24,000 bases of DNA from Salarchaeum japonicum (GTDB taxonomy: Archaea; Halobacteriota; Halobacteria; Halobacteriales; Halobacteriaceae): the NCBI RefSeq assembly GCF_049705945.1, contig NZ_JBNAMV010000004.1, positions 831,097-855,096 of the forward strand, in the 5' to 3' direction. The notes under the pieces were generated by a model. The model was not told the origin of the DNA and searched no databases. It worked only from the letters and a program-made list of their open reading frames with translations. Below, in pieces: positions 8,937-15,687 of this stretch. Each line of letters begins with the position of its first letter. Within the stretch, counting starts at the first letter, position 1. Position numbers and translations under genes: made by a program.

Positions 8937-9385
8937 AGGTCGAGGTCGGACTCCGCGAGCAGCACGCGCAGCACGTCCTCCGGCGGTTCCGAGGCGTCGA
9001 TGCGGCGGGCGTACCAGCGGAGCGTGTGCTCGAACGCGTCCACGACGTTGTTCGACGCGAACCGCTCGTCCGCGACGCCGCGGTCGGTCTTCACCGCGAG
9101 CGCCGCCGCGTACTTCTCTGGTACCGCCGATAGCGCCGCGGCAGCGGACGGCGTCTCAGCGGGCGTCGGGGAGTCGTCGGCCTCCGCTGGGAGGTCGGCG
9201 GTGGGTCGCGGGTCGGGTGACTGTCCCTCGCTCGTGGAGACGACGTACCGGCCGTCCCCGATTTCCTGGACTTCGTCGCGGTCCTCCACATCCAGGTCGT
9301 CGGGGGAGAGCACGCCGTCTTCGGCGAGGTCCTCGGGTGGCACGTCCTCCACGTCCTCGACCGTGGGGTTCGAATCGTCGGCCAT
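8933..9385 (-). CDS. Hypothetical acidic protein, 150 aa
   Basis: I start it at MADDSNPTVEDVED... (ATG = complement of 9383-9385) because an ATTATG box lies 27 nt upstream. The track ORF extends to 10195, but that extension is antisense to better genes. The N-terminal half is D/E/P-rich and probably disordered; the C-terminal about 60 aa looks folded. Confidence 0.6.
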   Translation of the reverse strand: MADDSNPTVEDVEDVPPEDLAEDGVLSPDDLDVEDRDEVQEIGDGRYVVSTSEGQSPDPRPTADLPAEADDSPTPAETPSAAAALSAVPEKYAAALAVKTDRGVADERFASNNVVDAFEHTLRWYARRIDASEPPEDVLRVLLAESDLDL

Positions 9386-9409
9386 ACGCGTGGAGTGGAG
9401 CGCGAGCGA

Positions 9410-9415
9410 CATAAT
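9410..9415 (-). promoter_or_regulatory. TATA-like box (ATTATG on minus strand) 27 nt upstream of start 9385
   Basis: AT-rich hexamer at the canonical spacing for a leaderless mRNA. Confidence 0.4.
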
Positions 9416-9460
9416 CCCGTGGGCGAAGCATTGAGGACGCGCGCGCTCGTCCAGTCGAGT

Positions 9461-9640
9461 ATGGTCTCGCTCTCGGTCGTCGCGGCCGGCCTCGGGCTGG
9501 TCGTCGCGGCGGCGGCGTTCCTCCGGCTCGCGGACAGCGACGAGACCGACGCCGTCCACCTCGTGGTTCTCGAATACGGGTTCGCGTTCGCGCTCCTCAT
9601 CGCGGGGTTCGGCCTCATCGTCATCGAGATGCTGGCGTGA
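9461..9640 (+). CDS. Small two-TM membrane protein (59 aa from ATG 9461; a GTG at 9395 would give 81 aa)
   Basis: MVSLSVVAAGLGLVVAAAAFL...VVLEYGFAFALLIAGFGLIVIEMLA. Two hydrophobic helices and high GC3. Confidence 0.5.
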   Translation: MVSLSVVAAGLGLVVAAAAFLRLADSDETDAVHLVVLEYGFAFALLIAGFGLIVIEMLA

Positions 9641-9679
9641 GGCAACAACGCTTTTCTCGGTAAGGCGCCGCGTACTGGT

Positions 9680-10243
9680 ATGAGACTCGACCGACGAGCG
9701 TTCGCCAGCGCACTCGGTGTAGCAGGCGCGAGCGCGCTTGCGGGCTGTTCGTCGCTTACCGGCGACGACGGGCGGACCGAACGGACGGTGACGGCGACTC
9801 AACCGAACGCGGACGGGGAGGGAACGGTCGCGGAACTCCGCTACCTCATCGAGACGGAACAGGGGGACAACGACTTCGCGATACCCCTCACGCGGATGGC
9901 GACCGGGACGGCGAGCAACGACGAGGGATCGTTCACGTACATCACTGCGACGTACGACTCGACAGCGGGCGACCGCGGCGAGTTCATTTCCGAGGTGGGC
10001 GTGTTCGCGCGGAGCTACGCGACCTACGTCGGTGCGGGCGGAGAAGCGGCGACGGACTTCACAGTCACCGTCGAGGACAGGTATGACGGACAGCCCGCCT
10101 CGTTCGGTATCGCGCGGGAGTGGGCCCGACAATACAACGCGGGCGAGATATCCGGAAACCAGTACATCGGGGAGATCGTGTCGACGTTCGAACAACCGAC
10201 GACTACGAGCGAGAACATCTCACTTACGGGCGATAAGCTATAA
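9680..10243 (+). CDS. Predicted Tat-exported lipoprotein, 187 aa, unknown function
   Basis: Twin-arginine motif (DRRAF), a hydrophobic region, and the lipobox LAGC at residues 20-23. The mature part is acidic and Thr/Gly-rich. Confidence 0.7.
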   Translation: MRLDRRAFASALGVAGASALAGCSSLTGDDGRTERTVTATQPNADGEGTVAELRYLIETEQGDNDFAIPLTRMATGTASNDEGSFTYITATYDSTAGDRGEFISEVGVFARSYATYVGAGGEAATDFTVTVEDRYDGQPASFGIAREWARQYNAGEISGNQYIGEIVSTFEQPTTTSENISLTGDKL

Positions 10244-10269
10244 CCGTCCGTAGCCGCCAGTTTCATACG

Positions 10270-10419
10270 ATGAACGTATCGTTCGAGAACGTGCTAGATT
10301 GGGGTCTGGACCGCGCAGTCCCGGGCTGCCGCGCGCATCTCCCGCTCCGAGTGGCCCCGATGCTGCTCGTCGGGATGATCCTGCTCGTTCTCGGTGTGTT
10401 GAGCACGACGGCGTTCTGA
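10270..10419 (+). CDS. Possible unannotated 49-aa single-TM micro-protein
   Basis: Below the ORF-track size cutoff. My translation: MNVSFENVLDWGLDRAVPGCRAHLPLRVAPMLLVGMILLVLGVLSTTAF. GC3 is mostly G/C. The stop lies 3 nt before ATG 10423 of the next membrane protein. Confidence 0.3.
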   Translation: MNVSFENVLDWGLDRAVPGCRAHLPLRVAPMLLVGMILLVLGVLSTTAF

Positions 10420-10422
10420 TTC

Positions 10423-11169
10423 ATGTCGTCCGAAACCCCGAGCACGAAGGAAATCGAGGCCGTGAGCTGGCTCGTCTCGCGCCAGATCTGGGCGAGCACG
10501 GTTGTGCTCACGGGCGTCCTGGTCGTGTTCGTCGCCATCACGGGAGTCGTGCTCTACGACGCACCGCTGCTGCGTGGGTTCCAGCGGAGCGTGTCGAACT
10601 CCATCGGCGTACTCTCCATCTTCTTGGGGGCTCGCGCGCTCGCGTTCGTTCTCGCGCAGGCACGGCGGGACGCCGTGGTCGCTCGCGGCGACCTCTCCAT
10701 CGCGAACGACGCGTCCCTGATCGGAATGACGACCGTCGCCGCGTTCTCCGTCATCGGCGTCATCGCGGCCGGCGTCGCCCTTCCGCTCCTCCTCTCGACG
10801 ACTGAGGCGTTCACGTACCTCGCAATCGCCATCTCGGTATTCGTCGTGCCCGTGAGTTACGTGGTGCTCGTCTACCAGCTCGGCCAGCGCACCGCGACCG
10901 ACCGCTACGAACGCGGATTCCACGTTCTGCCCGCCGTCTGGCACTACCTCTGGACGCTTCCCGTAATCGTGCTCGCGTGGTATCTCGCGCTCGGCGTGGA
11001 CCCCGTCCCAGTGACCGGCGAAGCCGCCCAGTTGTTCAACGTACGAACGGTGTTCGTGGACGTGTGGACGCTGCTGTACGTCGCCATCGGCACTCCGACC
11101 CTCCTCGTCTTCCTCTACCCGTTCCGCTGGTACGCGGAGCGCGTCGTCCGCGTCGTCGTTCCAACATAG
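10423..11169 (+). CDS. Polytopic membrane protein (about 6 TM), 248 aa, unknown function
   Basis: About six hydrophobic segments and strong GC3. The antisense 307-aa ORF (10294-11217) is R/D/E/H-rich, as expected for an artefact. Confidence 0.7.
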   Translation: MSSETPSTKEIEAVSWLVSRQIWASTVVLTGVLVVFVAITGVVLYDAPLLRGFQRSVSNSIGVLSIFLGARALAFVLAQARRDAVVARGDLSIANDASLIGMTTVAAFSVIGVIAAGVALPLLLSTTEAFTYLAIAISVFVVPVSYVVLVYQLGQRTATDRYERGFHVLPAVWHYLWTLPVIVLAWYLALGVDPVPVTGEAAQLFNVRTVFVDVWTLLYVAIGTPTLLVFLYPFRWYAERVVRVVVPT

Positions 11170-11183
11170 CCCACGGCCCTTGA

Positions 11184-11191
11184 TATTTAAG
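11184..11191 (+). promoter_or_regulatory. TATA box TATTTAAG about 30 nt upstream of ATG 11217
   Basis: The best TATA match in the window, at the correct spacing. Confidence 0.5.
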
Positions 11192-11216
11192 ACGGCGGAC
11201 GGTGTAGCGAGCGCCA

Positions 11217-11570
11217 ATGGCCGAAACGAAAGACTACCTGCCCGACAGGCTCCCCGGCTTCCGCGACATCAAACCCCGTAACCAGGCCGCGCTCGTCATC
11301 CTCTCGGCGTTCGTCGTCAGCATCGCCGTGGCCGCGGTCGCGACCGTCGCCCAAATTCAGCCCGAACAAGTCATCCCCGTGCTCGGCACGGTCGTCTTCC
11401 TGCTCTTCCTCGGCGCCAGCCTCGTCGTCTTCCGCGCGATGTTCGTCGCCGCCCAGAAAGCCGACGGCAGCGTCCAGAGCGCGTTCACCCACCCAGCGTT
11501 CGCCCTACTCTTCCTGCTCGTCGTCTTCGCCGGCGCGCTCTTCCTCGGCTTCCTCAACCAATACCTCTAG
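11217..11570 (+). CDS. Small 3-TM membrane protein, 117 aa
   Basis: Three hydrophobic helices, high GC3, and its own TATA box. Confidence 0.65.
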   Translation: MAETKDYLPDRLPGFRDIKPRNQAALVILSAFVVSIAVAAVATVAQIQPEQVIPVLGTVVFLLFLGASLVVFRAMFVAAQKADGSVQSAFTHPAFALLFLLVVFAGALFLGFLNQYL

Positions 11571-11927
11571 CCAGCGAAAAGGCCACTCGGTTGCTACCCG
11601 GTACGTGCGCCATGGATAGCATCACAGCCTAGAACGAGTTCGAGTGGGTGCGGGAGGGGCGTCACGGGGACGAATACTACTGAAAACGAGACAGCGGACG
11701 CGTTCTAGAGTAGATGGGTACAGTAAGGCGCAACTACCACAAGCCCGCTCTGTGTGGCAAAGACGCGTGTGCCCCGGAGTATGGAATTTGTACAGAACTA
11801 CAGCGATAGGCGACTGGCGAGAAATGCCGGACCGTGAGCGCGAATGTGGCGATACACGCGACGCTGATTGAACGAGCCAGACTACCCAGCGAGTGGGAAT
11901 GGACGCGTCGCTATCCGGTTTGTGTCC

Positions 11928-11937
11928 GAAAGAAAAA
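11928..11937 (-). terminator. Oligo-T terminator candidate (GGTTTTTCTTTC on minus strand) 30 nt after the archaellin stop
   Basis: A T-run containing TTTCTTTC. The same 8-mer follows the ArlG-like gene and the pilin-like gene. Confidence 0.45.
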
Positions 11938-11967
11938 CCGCGGCGTGTTCGGAAGTGAAAGTCCGAC

Positions 11968-12594
11968 TTAGAGACGGACAGCTTCGCCTGGCGAAGCGTC
12001 AGCGAGCGAGGCCGGGACGTTCATCTGGAACACCGTCTCGGCACCCGAGGACGTTACGAACGTAAGGTGAACAGTTTCACCGCCCTCAAGTACGCTGACT
12101 GGCTGCTCAGTAAGATTAATCGTAACCTGGAAGCGATCCGTTTGAGAATTGAGCACCGGTTTGGTCTCACCCTCGTCCGTCACTGCGCTGACCGTGAAGT
12201 TCTCGTTAGTAAGGGTCGTAGCACCGCCCGGTCCCGTCCAGCGAATCGTAGTGTCATTTACATTAATAGGATCGGAACCTGGCGCAAGACTGACCGAAAT
12301 TGTGGTCTCATTAATGACTTTACTGGAATTTTCGTGGCCAGCGCTGGCAGGAAGTTTACTCGCGTTCTGGACAACACCGGTCGCGGCACTCACGTCGAGC
12401 CGGTCCGTGACGCCGGACTGGGCGTCCTGGCTCGTGGATTGCGCGGATGTCTGAAGCATGCCTGCCGTGTTGATGAGGACGCCGGCCGCGAGTGCGGCGA
12501 CGAGGATCATTGCGATGAACACGACGAGCGTTTCGATACCGATCTGGCCCCGGTCTTTCTCGAAGTCGGGGCGGGGAATGCTGATGTCTACCAT
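11968..12594 (-). CDS. Archaellin (ArlA/ArlB = FlaA/FlaB family), 208-aa precursor
   Basis: Class III signal peptide and conserved N-terminus: [45 protein letters not shown]. Internal and C-terminal blocks match haloarchaeal archaellins ([45 protein letters not shown], ending AVRL). Six N-X-S/T sequons. Confidence 0.9.
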   Translation of the reverse strand: MVDISIPRPDFEKDRGQIGIETLVVFIAMILVAALAAGVLINTAGMLQTSAQSTSQDAQSGVTDRLDVSAATGVVQNASKLPASAGHENSSKVINETTISVSLAPGSDPINVNDTTIRWTGPGGATTLTNENFTVSAVTDEGETKPVLNSQTDRFQVTINLTEQPVSVLEGGETVHLTFVTSSGAETVFQMNVPASLADASPGEAVRL

Positions 12595-12786
12595 GATTGG
12601 ATTGGGATGGTTTGTTGGCGGTCCGTCAGCGACGCAGTCACACAGCCTGCGCGCCGCCTGTAACACCACAAACACGGGACATACACATAAACTCATTGGC
12701 TAAATCAGGGGTCGAGACCCGGTTTTTCGAGACAGCTGGCCGACAGTTTAATGAGTGGTTTAGGGCCGTGCTCGCAGAGCGCGAGT

Positions 12787-12794
12787 GAAAGAAA
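12787..12794 (-). terminator. Oligo-T terminator candidate (GCTTTCTTTC on minus strand) 13 nt after the ArlG-like gene stop
   Basis: Same TTTCTTTC 8-mer as after the archaellin and pilin genes. Confidence 0.35.
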
Positions 12795-12807
12795 GCACCG
12801 CTTAACA

Positions 12808-14124
12808 CTACGCGACGCCGATCGTGGTGTCGGTATCGACGATGACGACGGTGCCGGATTCGTCGCGGAGATACCCGATGTCGCCGGTGGTTCCCTCCAT
12901 ATACCGTAGCGGGGCCGGGTCGCCATCGTTCGAGGCGTACTCGACATAGATTATTTCGGGTGTGCCGTCATCGTCGACATCAGCCGCGCCCATTCCAGTT
13001 CCGCTCTCCGGTTGTTCCTGAACGCCGTTCGGTTGGTAGGAAGAGAGCGACCCCGACGTGTATTCGAGGACAGAGATGTATCCAGAACTGTCGCGGTAAG
13101 GGACGCCGACGTTCCCGTCGCCGTCGAAGTCAGCGGGCGTTCCGACACCAAGCGACGAGGAGAGACTCTTGGACGAGGAATGGACGGTCCCGTCGTCGTC
13201 CAAGAACGTGAGCCCGGGGTTCGACGTGACGAACACGATTTCGTCAGCGGAGTCCCCATCGAAGTCCGTGATGCCGACGATGCCGTTCGCCTGTGCGTTC
13301 GACTGGTCGGCGACGGTGAACACGTCTCGGCTGTCAAGCGTGACACCGTAGATGCCGGAGTTGTTGCCGAAGAAGATGGAGCGGTCGGAGCCGTTCCAAC
13401 TGCCGACGGCGAGCCGCGTGCCCGCGTCCGAGCTGGTGCTGGTGAACGGTTGTCCAGGAAGCGTGACGTTGGTGCCGTTACCGTAGGCGATCTTCAGAGC
13501 ACCGGACTGGTTGACGTACGGGATGTCGGCCGCGCCGTCCTCGTCAAAGTCCTGTGACGGCCCGAGTCCTTCCGGAACCATTTCGTTGAGATACGTGGTG
13601 ACGACTTGCGTGTCGGCGTCATACAGTTTCACTGACCCGGAGAACACCACGTCACCGCTAAGATCCGCAGCGCTTCCGTAGAACGGGAAGGTGAGGAGTG
13701 AGCGGCGTTCGTTGGCGCGAACGACGACGCGGTGTGCGCCGTCGTCGAGGGTGGTGTCGAGGGTGATTCGGGCGACGTTGCCGGGCCGCCAGTAGTCGCC
13801 ATCGAGGACGGTGATGTCGGTCTCTTGCACGAATTCGCCGTCGATGAGGGTGTCGATGCGGTTGGGGTCGGTGGGGAGGACGTTCGCGCCGGTGTTTTTC
13901 ACGAGGAGGGTGACGGTCGTGTTTGAGTCGTTGTAGATGGCGCTGGAGCCGGAGTCGCTGATGATGGCGAAGTCGGTGTCGAGTGTCTCCCCGTAGTCCT
14001 CGCCGGTGTCGCGGATGGCGGTCGAGACGTCGTTGGCGACGCCGGTGGCGGTGCCGGCGAGCATCGCGGCGACGGCGACGGCGGCGATGAAGAGGATGAC
14101 GTGGGAGGCGGAGACGCTAGCCAT
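12808..14124 (-). CDS. ArlG (FlaG)-like N-terminal domain fused to an FG-GAP/VCBS-type repeat (beta-propeller-like) domain, 438 aa
   Basis: The first about 145 aa are collinear with the ArlG of 6361-6816 (MASVS.., TD..I..D.GS.A.YNDS...VTLLVKNTG, ID..IDG, W..G...R.TL...LD.G.H). The C-terminal about 290 aa contain at least 5 DxDxDG-type FG-GAP-like repeats (DFDEDGAADIPYV, GSWNGSDRSIFFG, DFDGDSADEIVFV, DFDGDGNVGVPY, DVDDDGTPEIIYV). Confidence 0.75.
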   Translation of the reverse strand: MASVSASHVILFIAAVAVAAMLAGTATGVANDVSTAIRDTGEDYGETLDTDFAIISDSGSSAIYNDSNTTVTLLVKNTGANVLPTDPNRIDTLIDGEFVQETDITVLDGDYWRPGNVARITLDTTLDDGAHRVVVRANERRSLLTFPFYGSAADLSGDVVFSGSVKLYDADTQVVTTYLNEMVPEGLGPSQDFDEDGAADIPYVNQSGALKIAYGNGTNVTLPGQPFTSTSSDAGTRLAVGSWNGSDRSIFFGNNSGIYGVTLDSRDVFTVADQSNAQANGIVGITDFDGDSADEIVFVTSNPGLTFLDDDGTVHSSSKSLSSSLGVGTPADFDGDGNVGVPYRDSSGYISVLEYTSGSLSSYQPNGVQEQPESGTGMGAADVDDDGTPEIIYVEYASNDGDPAPLRYMEGTTGDIGYLRDESGTVVIVDTDTTIGVA

Positions 14125-14152
14125 CGATTAGGAGTGCTTCGTCGCACGGACG

Positions 14153-14158
14153 GATAAG
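14153..14158 (-). promoter_or_regulatory. TATA-like box (CTTATC on minus strand) about 31 nt upstream of start 14124
   Basis: AT-rich hexamer in the 57-nt spacer. The same GCTTATC motif occurs upstream of the pirin gene. Confidence 0.4.
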
Positions 14159-14181
14159 CGTTGAGGCAGCCAGGAAGCCGG

Positions 14182-14694
14182 TTATTCGGGTGTGTTGACG
14201 GTGAGCGGGCCGCCGCAGCGGCCGCACGCGTACTGCTCTGGGTTGCGGACGAGACGGGATTCGCGGTAGCGGGGGAGACGGTGGTCGCAGTCGGTGCAGA
14301 CGACCCACCAAGTGGGCGGCGTGAATCGCTCGCAGTGGGTCGCGGTGTTGAGTCGGTCGGCGAGTCGCTGGAATCGCGGGCCGTGGCTCCCGTCGCCGTG
14401 TTCGGTGACGAGGTGTGCGTGCGCGAGTTCGTGGCGGACCGTGCTGGCGACGGCGTGCCAGCCCCGGTTCTCGAAGAGCCGCCACGCGAGCCGAACCTCG
14501 ACGGGCGTGTCGTCGCGGTAGCGGAGGACGCCGGCGCGTCGTTTCGCGCGCGTGCTCACGGACCACGCGAGGTCGGAGACCTGGACGGAGAGGTCGTGGG
14601 CGGAGACGAGGTCGCGTGCGTACACGCGGACGGCGGCGAGGAACTCCTCGTGGCTGCAGGGCGGCGTGACCGCGTACCACTCGACGTCGTTCAC
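14182..14694 (-). CDS. SprT-like zinc metalloprotease with C-terminal zinc ribbon, 170 aa (GTG start)
   Basis: HELAHAH (HExxH) motif preceded by a typical SprT-family N-terminal region. C-terminal CTDC...CGRC forms a four-Cys ribbon. Confidence 0.7.
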   Translation of the reverse strand: MNDVEWYAVTPPCSHEEFLAAVRVYARDLVSAHDLSVQVSDLAWSVSTRAKRRAGVLRYRDDTPVEVRLAWRLFENRGWHAVASTVRHELAHAHLVTEHGDGSHGPRFQRLADRLNTATHCERFTPPTWWVVCTDCDHRLPRYRESRLVRNPEQYACGRCGGPLTVNTPE

Positions 14695-14718
14695 GGGAGG
14701 AGACTGGACGGGGGCGAG

Positions 14719-14724
14719 TATAGA
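14719..14724 (-). promoter_or_regulatory. TATA-like box (TCTATA on minus strand) 27 nt upstream of GTG 14694
   Basis: The only AT-rich element in the 45-nt spacer, at canonical spacing. Confidence 0.35.
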
Positions 14725-14739
14725 ACTGGGGGTCGGGCG

Positions 14740-15486
14740 TTAGAAGACGAACGGGCCCTGCTGGCGGATTGGTTCGTCGTGGGGTTCGCCGGCGACGGCG
14801 ACGAGGCGGAGGGCGTCGTCGGTCTCGACCGCGAACTCGTCACCGTTCGTGGTGGGGAAGACATTACCTTCGGCGAAGTCGTCACCGTCTACGGTGCCCT
14901 CGCCGGCGACGCCGTAGAGGAAGCCGGCCCAGCCGTCGGGCACGGTCCACGTCCACGAGTCGGTGACGCGCACGTCGAGGTACTGCATGTCGGTGTGGAG
15001 GCTGAGCGGGGAGCCGTCGCCGACGACCGTCGTGACGGTCGCGCCGTCCTGTTCCTCGGTGGGGAGGTCGGTTTGGTCGGCGTCCTCGTAGTCCGCGTCG
15101 ATCTCCTTCTTCTCGCGCGGGAGGTTCACCCAGAGTTGGAGGCCGTTGCAGGCGTCGCCGTCCGCGGGGAATTCCGAGTGCTCGATGCCGCCGCCGGTGG
15201 TGATGCGCATCGCCTCGTTCTCGTAGGCGGTGTGGCTGACGCCGAGGGAGTCCTCGTGTTCCATCCCGCCGTCTATCATGTAGGAGACGATCTCGAATCC
15301 CTTGTGCGGGTGCATCGGGAACCCCTTGTCGGGGTCGATGTAGAACCGCTCGAAGAGGACAAATGGATCGAGGTTGTGCGGGTAGTTGTTCGTCGGGAAC
15401 GCGCGATTCGAGTTTACGCCCGTTCCGTGCTGGACGGTCTGTCCGGCGACCGGTTCGGGCCGTCGTTCGGGGTCGTCAGTAGACAT
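14740..15486 (-). CDS. Pirin-family cupin protein, 248 aa
   Basis: FPMHPHKGFEIVSYMIDGGMEHEDSLG metal-binding cupin motif and a bicupin length. I start at MSTDDPERRP (ATG 15486): the 23 upstream codons are GC3-poor, and a TATA-like box sits 27 nt upstream of 15486. Confidence 0.8.
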   Translation of the reverse strand: MSTDDPERRPEPVAGQTVQHGTGVNSNRAFPTNNYPHNLDPFVLFERFYIDPDKGFPMHPHKGFEIVSYMIDGGMEHEDSLGVSHTAYENEAMRITTGGGIEHSEFPADGDACNGLQLWVNLPREKKEIDADYEDADQTDLPTEEQDGATVTTVVGDGSPLSLHTDMQYLDVRVTDSWTWTVPDGWAGFLYGVAGEGTVDGDDFAEGNVFPTTNGDEFAVETDDALRLVAVAGEPHDEPIRQQGPFVF

Positions 15487-15510
15487 ACCGAAACGAACCC
15501 GCCCAATACT

Positions 15511-15516
15511 GATAAG
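15511..15516 (-). promoter_or_regulatory. TATA-like box (CTTATC on minus strand) 27 nt upstream of the pirin start
   Basis: AT-rich hexamer at canonical spacing. Confidence 0.4.
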
Positions 15517-15687
15517 CATCACGTAGCCGGAAGTCGGAAAGTGGCCGTTGGGCAACCTTAATTTCGAGTTTTCTTTTTTTAGACCGCATAGAGGCTCTTT
15601 TGAGCGTTTCAGAAGAAGTTGTTTTTCTTACTTGAACGCGCTACAGAGAACCTTCATACTCGTAGCGCCGGTAGAATGGAGTGCACT

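Noticed and set aside
9386-10195. Upstream extension of the 8933-10195 minus-strand ORF (420 aa)
   Set aside because: The extension is antisense to the lipoprotein and two-TM genes and is Arg-rich. It also lies upstream of the TATA-like box that fits the ATG at 9385.
10294-11217. 307-aa minus-strand ORF
   Set aside because: It is antisense to a hydrophobic protein of about 6 TM helices with better GC3. The product is R/D/E/H-rich, as expected when membrane-protein codons are read backwards.
11644-12065. 75-aa and 65-aa plus-strand ORFs in and beside the low-GC spacer
   Set aside because: They are Arg-rich with poor GC3. The second overlaps the archaellin 3' end in antisense. There are no motifs.
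12595-12696. N-terminal extension of the archaellin ORF ([18 protein letters not shown]...)
   Set aside because: Archaellin signal peptides are short. The extension is Cys-rich and atypical, and the ATG at 12594 gives a canonical 16-aa class III leader ending in RG.
15487-15555. 23-codon upstream extension of the pirin gene (MPNGHFPTSGYVMLISIGRVRFG)
   Set aside because: 8 of 22 codons end in T, unlike the GC3-rich body of the gene. The extension also contains the TATA-like box that fits the ATG at 15486.
14161-15561. 466-aa plus-strand ORF over the SprT-like and pirin genes
   Set aside because: It is antisense to two genes with clear catalytic motifs, and it has shadow-ORF composition.
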